DNA of 63,996 bases, filler included, from Asterionella formosa (Eukaryota): the NCBI GenBank assembly GCA_002256025.1. It is 26 parts of 26 records of this genome, joined end to end, with 100 filler letters (N's around TTAATTAATTAA, not from the genome) between each part and the next. Parts side by side here need not be neighbours in the genome. Positions count along the whole stretch, not along the records: positions 1 to 1,096 come from NKIB01004354.1; positions 1,197 to 2,292 come from NKIB01004355.1; positions 2,393 to 20,015 come from NKIB01004356.1; 23 more parts are not named here. One strand, written 5' to 3'. The notes beneath the pieces are model-generated. The model saw nothing but the letters and a program-made list of their open reading frames with translations. It searched no databases and had not been told where the DNA came from. Shown here piece after piece: positions 1 to 12,479 of the stretch. Numbering within the stretch: position 1 is the first letter of the stretch; each line of letters opens with the position of its first letter. The position numbers and the translations under genes were made by a program.

Positions 1-166
1 CAATGGGCATGCATGGTTTTGTACATTTTCAAATGATGAGAGTAATTCAAAACCTACACACATCCTAAACTCCACTTTTTTATACAGTACAGTATAGCAT
101 AGTGCCACTGAGAATGAGAATTTGAATAAGAGAGTCAGGGTTTAAACCTTATGCATTAATTGTCAA

Positions 167-811
167 TCATAGTATCTTTTGGATGATTCGTATAATTTCT
201 TCCGATGTGTGCACTCCTTCAATTCGTTCCCGCACTGTCCCATGATGGAAAATCATGACCGTTGGGAGACCAGAGACGTGATATCGTTGTCCCAACTTGG
301 GGTACAGTTCTGTATCCACAGCAAACATTTTGACATCATCCTTCAACGTATCGCCCACCACATTGAGTTCCTTACGCATTAGTTTACAAGGTCCACAAAG
401 TTGATTGTGAAAATTGACAACAACAGGTGTGTCGGAAAATTGAGTCAGCATTTCTTCAAATGTTTTGAATTTAATAGAGTTGGAATGCTGATGCTCTGCC
501 TTTAGACTAGTCCGTGACATGAGTTCCACGGCATCTTGTGTGATGATGCTCCATAGCCTCGGTTTGAGATGACCCAATCGACCCTTGAATTCCCGAGGAT
601 GAATGGATGTGGAACGAAGTTGGCCATGTCGATCCGAGACTCGCAGTGACATCATGACAGTCCTTCCATGTGTTGAATGAAGTGTGTGTCGGGCAGTGGA
701 CCACCAGGCGCTTGCTTTTGATGTTACCAGCAGTAACAGAACTATTACCGGGAATAAATTTACTACTGAAAGCAGAGAACCATTTCCTTTCTTCGTGCGT
801 AAATTGGTCAT
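167..811 (-). CDS. Plastid-targeted thioredoxin (Trx y-like) with LCGPC active site
   Basis: C-terminal Trx fold (PVVVNFHNQLCGPCKLM...YHVSGLPTVMIF...RIEG). Likely start is ATG 811 (MTNLR), followed by a hydrophobic stretch and ASA-W, resembling the diatom ASAF(AP) cleavage motif. Confidence 0.8.
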   Translation of the reverse strand: MTNLRTKKGNGSLLSVVNLFPVIVLLLLVTSKASAWWSTARHTLHSTHGRTVMMSLRVSDRHGQLRSTSIHPREFKGRLGHLKPRLWSIITQDAVELMSRTSLKAEHQHSNSIKFKTFEEMLTQFSDTPVVVNFHNQLCGPCKLMRKELNVVGDTLKDDVKMFAVDTELYPKLGQRYHVSGLPTVMIFHHGTVRERIEGVHTSEEIIRIIQKIL

Positions 812-1096
812 CACTACTAGCGGGATTTCTGACTTGACTTTGCAACAAACAACAACAAATAATAATCGCAACAATGACGGTGATACAGTTGAGCAAGAGG
901 AGTATACAATGATGAAAATGTAGAATGGGCAGCAGATCTGTTCGAGACTATTATATGATTTGTAAAATGCCGGAATTGGGAGCACGTCATGCATCTGTCT
1001 GGCATGAATTCTGTCACCAAATCAATCAATGAGAACGTGCTCCACATGCATGACGCGATGTGTCTGTTTGAATGTATACAATCACGTATAAAGGTA

Positions 1097-1196
1097 NNNN
1101 NNNNNNNNNNNNNNNNNNNNNNNNNNNNNNNNNNNNNNNNTTAATTAATTAANNNNNNNNNNNNNNNNNNNNNNNNNNNNNNNNNNNNNNNNNNNN
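1097..1196. other. Artificial contig-joining spacer (first of 25)
   Basis: N44-TTAATTAATTAA-N44, stops in all six frames. Recurs at 2293, 20016, 21212, 22408, 23604, 41316, 42511, 43706, 44901, 46096, 47290, 48484, 49678, 50872, 52066, 53260, 54454, 55647, 56840, 58033, 59226, 60419, 61612 and 62805. Confidence 0.99.
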
Positions 1197-2292
1197 TTCA
1201 TTCCATCCATGCAAAGAATCACTTCGCGTTGAGCTTGGATAAGCTCCTTAGGAATCTCAATGTAGTGGTTCACAACTGGCAGTGGCTTGCGACAAGTTGT
1301 CTTGCCTTTTAGTGTTCCGATGTCAGGTCCAAAAATTTTCTCTGCAATTTTGATATCATCGGTAGTCACTGGATTATTATTGATTGTATTCATACAAATT
1401 ATTGCCCTGAAATCATTAATTGATGATGTACCCAAGGCATGAAATAGATCACAAGCTCGCTTAGCTCTCTGAAATTGACGTTCAGTGTAAAATGTGATGT
1501 TTTCTTCAACTGAATTTAACATTTGAGCATTCTCCGCTTTAATTGTTGTAGTAGGCTTGAAAACATATAAGTTTATCCCAATTCTTTTGAATCAAACTGG
1601 CTTGTCAGGCAAATGAACAATGAATGCATCTTCTTTCTCAGAGTCATAGGTAATTCTGTACCTATCTGCCATGTCGGCATAACTGAAGATGTTTGTGATT
1701 GCCTTTTTATTAAACAATACTTCTCCCCATTGTGGAAGATCAGCCTTCATATTAGTGACCATCATGGATCCACCATTTGTGGCCAGGTGCATGCTTCCAT
1801 TGGTTGACATTCGAATGTTTTCAACCATTTTTGGATTGCAAAAGACTGTGACACTTGATTGATTATCCAATAGTATCCAGTCACGCATCTCAGATGCTTG
1901 GTAAAATTGTAGTTTCATATGAGCTCCCGCCCATCCAAATTGATTGACATTTGCTTGTTGTGAAGCTTGTGATGATGGCGGGTTGTTGGAATTAACAGAC
2001 ATAACTGTACTTGTGTCCGATGTATTTGCCTGTGCCTGTGCATGGCTTTGTGCCCTGTTGATAGCCCATTCCTCTTTGGTTTTGTTCTTGTCTCGGAACG
2101 AAGGAGATTTGTGACCTGCTTTTCCACAGCAGTAACATTTTCCTTCTAACTGTGCAAATGATAAGTTCATATCTTCATCTTCCTTGCCTGCATCCTTTTG
2201 TTCTCTCTCTTTATTATTATCTCCTGGTTTCTTGTAGTTGGCTTTATTTGTTACGTCAAACCGATGGTTGCTGAGAACATCATTTTTTGATT
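1197..2292 (-). mobile_element. Ty1/copia-type LTR retrotransposon gag-pol fragment, interrupted
   Basis: Degenerate zinc knuckle CYCCGKAGHKSPSF and protease motif WILLDNQSSVTVF. Downstream RAKRACDLFHALG...AEKIFGPDIGTLKGKT segment; the ORF is broken by a stop near 1592. Confidence 0.75.
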
Positions 2293-2859
2293 NNNNNNNN
2301 NNNNNNNNNNNNNNNNNNNNNNNNNNNNNNNNNNNNTTAATTAATTAANNNNNNNNNNNNNNNNNNNNNNNNNNNNNNNNNNNNNNNNNNNNAGATAAAA
2401 TGGGAGCAAACTAACAGAATTAATGGTAGTCAGAGTGAAGAATATTTGTGAACGGAAATGTTGCGAATTGTCGAGAAAAGTACCGTATTATAGAGATTAT
2501 TACTGAACAAATTTTTCTTCGTGTCGCCAGAAAATATTGTCAGTTGGCCCCAAAAATTATGTGGGTTTCTAAAATAATTATGGAAGTTGTCGAAACTATT
2601 TAAGTTCACTCCGTCCATATATATTGTATGATGCATCATATTTTTTTGTGATGTCATACCCTTAAATTATGTACGTAGCTAAATTCGTCATATTGGGCCA
2701 CCCAAATAATTAATTTGGGTGATCATATTTGACTAGCGTTTTTTTTGTGGCGGCTGTACCAGTAATCGGCGTTGTAGATGTAGCAGCACCATTTCTGCCA
2801 CTAGAACCCTGCCCTATGGTGGTTGTCCAAAGGGAACAACCGCAGTAGCCAGCTCCATC

Positions 2860-3250
2860 ATGGCAGAAAAAGTGAAAGAATGTATTTCCAATTCGGCAGC
2901 AGAATATATGAGGGTGAGAGAAGAGGGAAAGGAAAAAGGAGGAGGAGAATCACGAGTGAAGAGAAATACACTTGCCTGTATAATATTGAGAGAAAAGGAG
3001 GCGCTTGGTATTCCTCCTGCTGTCAATATTAATTTCGAAACAGTTAGAACACGTGCAAAAAGAAAAAACAATCAAGGAACAAACACAGCTCGCATCTCAC
3101 CTATGCTTGAAGTGGAACCTTACATTGTGGAGCTCATTGATCAGTTGGGTAAAATGCGTCCGCCCATCACATGCCGAGAGGGAGCGACTGCAACTTGCAA
3201 ATTCACTTCTTGGGAAAAAAGATTTGCGAGGCATGGAAAAGGTGTAGTCG
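2860..3250 (+). pseudogene. Possible DNA-transposon N-terminal DNA-binding fragment
   Basis: ISPMLEVEPYIVELIDQLGKMRPPITCREG then a frameshift to LQLANSLL, resembling CENP-B/pogo-like helical leaders. No catalytic domain is visible. Confidence 0.3.
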
Positions 3251-4003
3251 AACTAATCAAACGAATAGGAGAACTCAGTGGGTCACAGCAGTTCTTTCTT
3301 GGTACCGGAAGAGTTAGGCTGGCTTTCCATTCCAAACTCTCTAAAGTAACTTTCTATGCCGTTAAATATTGAATCATTAGATCCAAGTCGTGTTCGTCTG
3401 ATCGAAATCGTGTTCACCTACTTCTACTGAACGTATTCAAGAGCTAGAAGACGGTTTGGTTATGAAGTTCAAAAATCGCTCTGTAACTTCTAGTCGTACG
3501 GTAGTCAACAAATTCTAATAATAATCAGCAAATTCTATTCCGTAGTCAGCAAATTCTATTCATACTAGCTACTTCGAGTAGTCTGCGATTTCTAGTCGTA
3601 GTCAGCAAATTTCTAGTCATATGTAGTCACCAACTGGATCAGTAATCAATCATAAACAAAAGAGTCATTTTGAAAAATATCAAAGGACTATAATTTAATA
3701 TTGTTTCAAGGTTCCTGCATTTGAAGAAACCCTACGGTAGGCAAAAATAAAAATATTGCCTAGGGTTGCCGAACTTCCCTAGAAGGAGGCCTGCCAGTAC
3801 TAGCGCACATTTTATGCGCACTTATTCAGTTTCGATTCACTCCCAATGTGCATCTCGTCCCATGCTTACTGGACGAGATCGGCTGACTTTCCATTTCAAA
3901 CTCTCTCATTGTATATATACCCTATACTATGATCAACATTTATGAGTCATACAACCCGCAAATATTTGTTGATGACTTATAACCGAAAATGCAACAATTC
4001 ACC

Positions 4004-4413
4004 ATGACTGAAAATACACACCATTTAGACAGCAATGGCGTCTTCGAATTCAACTACAGTCATGATACATGTCCAACATGTCAAGACCAGTTAATTATAG
4101 AGTCGTAAGTAAGGGATATGAGGCATGCATCTTCTGCAAATGCTGCGATTTTAGTTGCCCTGCATGTCAGTGTCAATGTGATGAAGGCGAAGATTTTAAG
4201 TTTTTGGAATATGATTTCATTCTCACAAGAATGAAGGATGAAGACATTGCGAGATCAAGAGCACGAAATCTTGTCTACAAGTTTTTGATCAGAACTTTTT
4301 GTGAACCATTGGGAAAAGGTGTTCAGGAGGAACTCCGCCATGTTTGTCATTTGAAGGGCGGGGTTCGATCCCTTTTGAAAAACAAGCACCCAAACAAAGA
4401 GTGCACTGTTTAA
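4004..4413 (+). pseudogene. KolX-like accessory protein (frameshifted)
   Basis: Cys cluster CIFCKCCDFSCPACQCQC, then RNLVYKFLIRTFCEPLGKGVQEELRHVC...VRSLL. This matches the R..Y...LG.G.R..LP.C...IR pattern of KolX / P2X7-tail-like domains. Confidence 0.65.
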
Positions 4414-4633
4414 AACCAACTCCCAAACGTTCAAAACATTCTAAATCTAGCAGTTATTAATGATTTTACCATTTTCATTTATTTCATTAGTTTCAACTTC
4501 AATCCACCTACATGCACTGTTTCAAAAACGACTAGAAGTGAGGTGGCTGGCATGAAATATCAAATAGAATTTATTTTTAAAAGGTTCTAGCAAATCAACC
4601 ACAAAAACAACAACACCAACTAACAAGAAAATC

Positions 4634-6750
4634 ATGCCACGCACGTTCCAATGGTGGCCGTCTCATTTCCAAAATTGGAGTTGGTGAGGAGAAAGGAGGA
4701 CGAAATATAGTACCCGATGAACATCAGAAACCTCTAAAGTGACTTTTCTTCCTCCTACAACAATCACATCACCAATTGAAACAAACGCTCAGCAATCATT
4801 GATAAGGAATCATTTAATTGACTATAATACATTGTTGAAATTGCTGCAAGAAGATATGTATTGCAAAAGTTGTTTTAATAAATTTGTAAACGAATATTGC
4901 AAACAATCACTTTGTAACTTTGTCACTTTACATCAAACAGAAATCAAAAGCTGTCCAGCATCGAATAGCAATGTGAAGCATTTCTAGACCAGGATGCTAT
5001 GTTTGACTTTTCGATTTCAACAATGATCCAACCGTTGATTGTTGTCTCTACCGAAAATTTCGGCTTTGCAGCAAGCGAATTCAAGTTTCCTGTTTAACCT
5101 GTCAGAAACTGATTTCTAAACTCGAATCTGCAAGAAGCAACAGCAATGGAGACAGAAATGATGAGATAAGAAATAAGGAAATAGATGCAAATATTTCTTA
5201 TCAACAAACAGTTTTTTTTGGGCTGTCACTAAGCAAGCCGGAATGGGACCGGCTGATGCTGATATCATCTGCTCCACAATGAACTTACCACTTACCTTTG
5301 GATGTTGGTCTATGGAAGGTAACTTTGGTGTTGTAGAAGAACTGGTCGGAAAAACTGAAGTTGCTGCAACTGCTATATCAGACACTCAATGTGCATGAAC
5401 GAGGAGACTGGGCTAACAAAGGACATGATTTTCAGTGGTGGAACAGTCTTACTGGTATGATCCGCTTACCTGTACTCAATATACCACGACTCACCATTAG
5501 TTACGCAGGTTATCATGGGCTGGCAGCAACGGTCCAGCAAGAATAAGTACAACTCCTTAACTGGACATGCTTTTGTATTGACGGCTACACGAAAAAGATA
5601 CGAGACTACCGGTACAGAGTGAAATCTACTAAGGTCTGTAATGTGTGCAAAAGGGCTATATGGTACAAGACACCAATCAATGAACATGTCTGCCCCGAGA
5701 ATCACGTAACTGGTAGCTCAAATGCAATGGAACCAGTCAGACACCGGTGTGGAAATGATGATTGATGCAGTTATAACAAATGTTATCTACTCAATATAAT
5801 CATCTGTGATGATAATTCTATTACTATTAGAGCTGTTTCGAAATGGTCCTATACGAACAAGGAGTTATTGAAACTACGGCCACCATCCTTCCAATGGCCA
5901 AGAGCATTGAAAGTATTTAAAACATCGGATAAAGGAAGCCTTTCACTGAATGTACTCAAACCTAAATTTCTCTCTGACCCATCCCACAGAGTACAGGTCC
6001 TTCTTCACCCTGCTTTTCTGAAATCCAATGGCCCAGTCTCCCTCAAGAATCCTTCAAAGCTGATTGTCTCCAGTGGAAATCTTACTATGGCGCTTCGATA
6101 ACAAATCCGGAACCTCTCTCTGATCGAATTTATTCATTCTTCCAAGGCACCAATCAACCATTTATTTGGCTGCCATGCTTAAGCAATGCTCTGTGACATG
6201 GTGCCCTGTAAAAGCAGGAAAAATGGTTAGTAATGGAAAATATCATGACAAGGAAAAGGAAACAAAATCAGCTATATGAATGGTTGATGCTGCATGTTGC
6301 AACGAATATTGAAGGCGAGAAACTGCTATCATTGCATCATCCCTTTGATACGCAGATTAATGAGGCAATCGACAATGCAGTGTCGTGATGATGTCTGAAA
6401 AAAATGTTTGCAGGATCCAGAGACCTTCAATATCGAGTGGCTTCGGTTGCTGGGCAACACAAACAAGGAGCAACACAATACATAAGGGATGTATAAAAGC
6501 AATGTGGAATGCAGATTTCAGCACTGCAAGAATCCTTCTGAAGACAAAAGGAAAGGCGACAAAGTGACGATGGAGCGAGCCTACAAAGCGTACTAATTCA
6601 AACGAAAGAGGAAACAAAACGAAAAAATACATGCAGCACGATTTGAAATTGTCAAACAAGAAAGGCAAGACAACAAGCAAATCAGGTAAGACTTACAGTT
6701 CTGGTGTTGCATTCTTAAAAAAGTAACATCAGGAAACAAGAAGTAAAGGA
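4634..6750 (+). pseudogene. Kolobok (PF20700-like) DDE transposase with multiple stops and frameshifts
   Basis: Motifs in order across frames: MGWQQRSSKNKYNSLTGHAF (about 5515), CNVC, NHVTGSSNAME (about 5700), IICDDNS (about 5800), FLSDPSHRV (about 5970), LHHPFDTQINEA (about 6335). End coordinate approximate. Confidence 0.7.
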
Positions 6751-8420
6751 ACAAATGTCTGCCATGATTCTGGCCGCAATGATCAGCCATCTAGCTAGAG
6801 AAAATCAGCATACTCTGTCAATTCAATGCAGGCAAAATGCATTCTAGTACTGGTATGCATACAATCACTGATGAGCACGTACCGGTCAACACCCAAGAAA
6901 ATGTTACATGTGCATCCAGTGTGGCCAGCATGGGTTTGCAAAACCGCGCAAACCGGGCCAATCAAAGTCATTGATGGGAAGTAGTAATTGAATTTGACCA
7001 ATCAAAATATTTATACACTAGTGAAGCGGTTACTTAAAATGGAATTTTTGTACAGGAGATTGTAAAACGAAAATTCGAATCTCAAGACTCCCATTCCGAT
7101 GATTAAGTTTCGGCGATTAGTGATTCTGATTCCGACATTTTGGAGACCATTGAAAAGGCCGATATTGTCGAATTTTTGGACAACGATGCATAGCTCAATG
7201 TTGGCAGGGTTTGAAGAAGAGTTAAGTTCATAGGTAATCTCCATATCGGCCCAGAAGTTAACGTTCGGCAAGAAAGTGCAGAAAGGAACTTCGGTTTTTA
7301 CTAGGCCAAATAAACCGTTTGGCCCGGTAAAATTCACTATTTTCAGCATAGTAAAAGAACCGAACTTTCTCGGCAGATCCTATATCCTGACGATATACAG
7401 CGTTCAACTGTACCCTTACTCTGATTAATGACTGTATCTAAGCATATGGAAAGGGTGTATATTGGTGAAATCTCCATTTAGCGATATACATTTATATTTT
7501 AGTAGCCTAGCTACTTGTAAGAAGTGTCTGTTTGACTACTTTGACTTAATATTACCGTTTTAACCATACCTCTAGCTAGGGGTTCAAATGCAGGAACCTT
7601 AATAGCAAATCAAACAAAATTTGGCTTGACCTTCAGATTGCCGTAGTGTAGCGTGTTGCGTACTGTGAAAGTGTTCAATCTCATTCCAACTTTGTCGATT
7701 TGAATTTGTGCAAGCAACGTGAAGCAATGCGCCATCGGCGACTTCAATTTTTTCGCCCCCGAGTTCTACTAGTTGTTAGCAAATTATATTCATAGTCTGC
7801 AAGTTCTAGTCGTTGTCAGGAAGTTCTAAACATAGAATGATTCCTATAAGTAGTAATCTGGATCAAGAAGACGGTTTGCTGAGGAATCGCTTCATCAGGC
7901 AACAAGTCTGAGTAGTGTTCAGAGTTTGATTCTGCAAATCGTCTTCGGTCAATAAGGGTTCAGTTTTCCTAAATTACTTAAGGAATATTATTTTCATCGA
8001 AAGCTGGCCTTTCTCGTCCGGCAGGCATGGGACGAATCACCCACCAGGACACTGAAATTAAGCTACATTTAGTTTCTACTGACAAGCAAAATACATGTGA
8101 CACCAGCATGATGATACAGCCATCATACTCTTGATATTCATTGTCACATGCATTGTTGGTTTCAATGAAATAACCATTAAAAATTCCACCAGTTTGAAAA
8201 GGCCAATGTGAATCATACTGGAGATATTGAAGGTTTTTTGACTAGTCTGTCTGAAACAACCACCAAAGACCTCAAAAATGTATGGATTTTTGTCCTGTTT
8301 TGGCAAATACCTTTGGATTCTCCAGGATGTATTCCTCCATTTATAGAAATCCATTCTTCTTGATTTACCTCAAATAAATGAGGACGATCCATGTGGTATT
8401 GAAGAATTCTCAAATGCAAC

Positions 8421-8734
8421 ACCTGGTTGCTCAACGCAGGTTTGAGAAATCAGGGAATTCAAACAAGGCAAAAATCATGATGGTCTCCCATCCAAGTGGT
8501 TGTCTTTCGCTTGAAAGTTTTTCCGATAGGTAGCAAGTCACTAGTATTCTGCATGGGTGATTCTTGAATATGGTGAAAACCTGGTTGCTCAACGCAGGAT
8601 TGAGAAATCAGGGAATTCAAACAAGGCAAAAATTATGATGGTCTCCCATCCAAGTGGTTGTCTTTCGCTTGAAAGTTTTTCCGATAGGTAGCAAGTCACT
8701 AGTAGTCTGCATGGGTGATTGAATATGGTGAAAA
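8421..8734. repeat. Tandem duplication, about 158 bp x2
   Basis: ACCTGGTTGCTCAACGCAGG...GAATATGGTGAAAA starts at 8421 and again at 8579 with few differences. Confidence 0.9.
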
Positions 8735-9063
8735 ATTAATGTTTTTGGCACTAGTCCTTCAGAATTTGTTACAGATAAATTATACGTCTGACTATACATC
8801 TATAAATTATGTATGTTAAAAGGTATCTCATGTTTTGGCATTTTGTACTTTTCTAGCTCTATAGAACTTTCTTGCTCCTGAAAATCCAATCTGTCTAACT
8901 GTGTGATGCTATACCAGTCGTTTATTCTTCTAGTATTGACTTGACGATTGCATGCCTTACTGCAGCTCCACATGTTCAAACCATTAACCTTCCTCATTGG
9001 TGTAATTATTTCAGAGTCGTCATCACCATTGCTAAGCCCTTCTCAGACCAAAACAAGCACAGT

Positions 9064-10379
9064 TCACCTCCTCACAAACAAATAATGGGAAACAATCCAC
9101 TCTTGTCCTTGATCTAATCCCCATAATTCGGCACATGCCATAAAGAAGAGTCTCCAATTGATATACCATTCACGTTCCTTGCCTTCACCATAAGCTTCTT
9201 GCAAGATTGGTGCCAGACTACCATTTTTCCAATTTGTGTCTAGATAATCTAACCACCCATTGGATGTTTTTTCATAATGAACACCACTTACTCGCCAATG
9301 CTGCTGCACACTAAAATCTTGACAAAAGTATAACAATAAGTCATCACTGGGCATGGTACCACCAGTAAAGAAATTGTCAGACATCCAGCCTTTCTCAAAG
9401 TGATAGGCAAAGTCACGATGAGTAAAAATGTGGACAAAGAGTTTTCCACCAGGCTTCAAAAAGCCATGAACTTTTTGAAGGAGACTGTTGTAGTTCTTCA
9501 TGTGTTCAAACATTTCCACAGTCATGACACGATCATTGTTCTGAACCACATCCAAGGCACCCTGGTCATCAGCAACATTGCACTAGACAATATACAAGCA
9601 AGTAATACAACAGTGAGTTGCGATGTTTGAATTTAACTGTAGCAAAGTCACATGCAGGCACACACATAAACAAACAAGACACTCACAGTAACGACATTGA
9701 TATTGTTGACATTGTAGCCACGCTTAGCCGCTGTTTTCATAATATATTCCTTTTGTGAATGCGAATTACTAATGGCCGTTATCTTGGCATTCGGATATTT
9801 GGAAGCCAAATGCAGCGTCAAACTTCCCCAACCACATCCTAAATCCACAATGGACATACCATCGACCAGCTCCGCGCGCTCACAGTACAAATCGAGCATA
9901 TGGACTTCTGATTCTTCAAAGGTGGTGGTGGGAGTTGGCCACAATCCCGAAGAATATTTCTTACGGGGTCCTAAGCACTTGTCATAAAAGGCAGCGGGTA
10001 CTTCATAATGCTGATCATTGGCTTCATTGGTGTTAATGGCAATGGGCATGTCATGCAGTTGTTGAACAATGGCCATCTTGTCGGCGAGTTCTGATTCGAC
10101 CGCATCACTACGCAGAATGGCAAGATGATCATACAACTGAATGCGGATGCCAAGGCGGATGAGGGCGTCAGGAACAATGCCCATGTACACGAGAGGAATG
10201 AGATTTTCCGTGGTGTTCGAGAGGAGAGAAAGGAGTTTGTTGACGAGCTTCTTGTAGACGCCTGTTTGGGTCACAAGCTTGACGAGTCCATACAAGGCAA
10301 TGACATGATGAGGCCGGATGCCTTTGTAGTCCTTTGGAAGGATCAAAAGCGATCTGGACGTTTCCATCAGGGACATCAT
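9064..10379 (-). CDS. SAM-dependent methyltransferase, CMAS / coclaurine N-methyltransferase-like, 2 exons, about 403 aa
   Basis: Motifs ANDQHYEVP, LGPRKKYSS, VDLGCGWGSL, VEMFEHMKNY, FFTGGTMPS, WRLFFMACAELWG. Phase-0 intron 9686-9583 (GTGAGT...TAG) joins VVT to CNVADD. Confidence 0.9.
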
Positions 10380-11293
10380 GGCGGCCTGTGTTTATAAGTT
10401 TAAGAAGGCGCTTGATGGAGGAACAACCAAGATCAGCGATGATCAAATTAATTTGATGGACGCTTATTTGTTTTGGCTGAGGTGGATATCATTACAATGA
10501 TGTGTTGGATCCATCCAGCCAAGGTGGCGCTGGCAAAAACGCAAGGCGAAGATCCACTACTACATAAAATAATTCGGATGCTGATACCGGTAACTGGTAC
10601 CAGGGTGGAGTACCAGGTACTGGAACCGCTAGTATCGTCCTCACCATCACAGCCGTCGTCATCCTGACATCATACAGGTACCGGTACCTGGTATCTTCGT
10701 AAAAACATACCAATATACACTGTATATAGTATATTCATATTTATATGGTAAACATTATGCACCGTAGTACTCCCGCCCAAAAAGGGCTGGAGCCATTGGC
10801 TGTAGTCCATCACAAACGATTGTAAATTATTATCTGTTTAGACTACCGGTAGTTTAGTATGTAGGTATGCAATGATAGTCCGCACATACCGGTATACTCG
10901 TGGTACCTGGTACCAGGGTATTATTCCGGCCGAATGATGGCTTGTTCCTCCTGATGTGATGTTTGTGATATCAGGCAGAGTTGCTATAGTACCGATACCA
11001 TACGTATGACAAATCTAATACGCACATCGGCGACCATACCAGAAACACCGAAGGAGGCCGTACCGGTCGTGGCGTTATCCTGTGGCCTCGAGGCCCAAAA
11101 GCACCGACATCACAACCCAAATTTTGACCTTCGGCCGTTCTCAAATTATCAAATCCCGGTCGTAGTCACATCACTTGTTTTCGTTTCGCTATGATATGAT
11201 ACTCTGTTGGTAGATCAGACCCATCCTATTATACTATCATTCTAATTTCTATTGACAATTACTGGAGTCTTCCCGATATATATACTCACATAC

Positions 11294-11992
11294 ATGAATC
11301 TCTCCGTGACATTCATCTTCGGTCTGTTAGTACTTCATGACTGTATTGCTTGGGTCAGTCATCCCAAACGCAGAGATCTCTTTCAACGAACTATTGCAGT
11401 CGCTACTACATCCCTTATTTTGTCGGGTACACCCGCCGTTGCTGTTACTAGTACCAAAAAATGCACTGATATCGAGTCCTGCCGTGAGATTGGAGATCGA
11501 AAAGTTGAACAAGACATGAAAGAAAATCCAGTCGTAACTCTTGGATCTGGTCTAAGATACAAGGTTGTCAAACCTGGATTTGGGTCACGGTCGGTTACTG
11601 ATAGTACGTCCAGCGTGGATTTGATCTATAGTATTACACAAGCAAATGGTGCATACATGTACAGTCGAGGATTTGGATTCGAAAAGATCAATGTTGGGGG
11701 CACTATGGTACCGGATGTTGGATTGGATTCCCTGAGAGTTGCTATGGGCGCCAAGGAGGTACCAGTTGGAATCGAGAGAGCTTTAGTCGGGATGAGGAAA
11801 GGTGAACGACGACGAGTGGAACTCCCTCCCGAACTGGGATTCCCAACGAGTCAAGGGAGACCAGCACCAACAACTCGGAGAGCCAAGGCGTCCTTAGTAG
11901 GATACCAGCGCCTCGTAGATGGCAATGGATCGACTCAGCCTGGGTTTCCTGCGCCAACTATTTGGGATGTGGAAGTCCTCAGTATTAAATAA
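11294..11992 (+). CDS. FKBP-type peptidyl-prolyl isomerase, probably thylakoid lumen
   Basis: SGLRYKVVKPGFG...VPVGIERALVGMRKGERRRVELPPELGF...IWDVEVL. Signal peptide, twin-Arg KRRDLF and AVA cleavage site. Confidence 0.85.
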   Translation: MNLSVTFIFGLLVLHDCIAWVSHPKRRDLFQRTIAVATTSLILSGTPAVAVTSTKKCTDIESCREIGDRKVEQDMKENPVVTLGSGLRYKVVKPGFGSRSVTDSTSSVDLIYSITQANGAYMYSRGFGFEKINVGGTMVPDVGLDSLRVAMGAKEVPVGIERALVGMRKGERRRVELPPELGFPTSQGRPAPTTRRAKASLVGYQRLVDGNGSTQPGFPAPTIWDVEVLSIK

Positions 11993-12479
11993 GCTACCAA
12001 GACGTGTCATGTCGAATCACGATTGACTTCATGTTTACATTTACATGTCTCCTTTTCGAAATTCGACTCTTTGGACGATTCCTGATTCATGTTTAGCTTG
12101 ACAAATTAGTAGCAAGATGACCGACTGATAAACCCTCATAAAATTCCTGACGTTGCCATGAATTCGCATAATTTTTTCTAAAGTTAGAGAAAATGGGCTT
12201 TATCTCCAGGGCCAAACGTTAGGCTCAGGTAAGTGGTGAAGCCCGCCCATTGCCTGTAATTTGCTGACAACATGATACACGGTGCCTTCCAGAAACATGC
12301 AAACCTAAACCTGGGAAGCCGCGAAATCGGTTGCTGCGAGGAGAGTATTGAATCACTACTCTTACAGTCAAGAGGCGGAATTCATGTAACAGACATTCTA
12401 AAATTGTTTTGTTTCTCTATCATTCCTAAATTTTCGCAAACATTCAGTTCAACCTTGGTCTTCTTCGACGCCTTGAATT

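Larger units (their letters stand above)
3708..7600 (+). mobile_element. Degraded Kolobok-type DNA transposon with 18-bp terminal inverted repeats
   Basis: AAGGTTCCTGCATTTGAA (3708-3725) is the exact reverse complement of TTCAAATGCAGGAACCTT (7583-7600). The right end reads CC-TTAA and the left TCAA-GG (degenerate TTAA). Contains KolX-like and transposase relics. Confidence 0.75.

Noticed and set aside
167..994. Full 275-aa thioredoxin ORF from ATG 994
   Set aside because: The targeting signal fits a start at 811; the upstream 61 codons look like UTR.
2699..2721. 9-bp perfect hairpin CACCCAAAT-AATTA-ATTTGGGTG
   Set aside because: A single short palindrome in AT-rich DNA with no supporting context.
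8076..9000. Possible glycosyltransferase-like pseudogene on the minus strand
   Set aside because: The fragments lack a motif I can identify with confidence.
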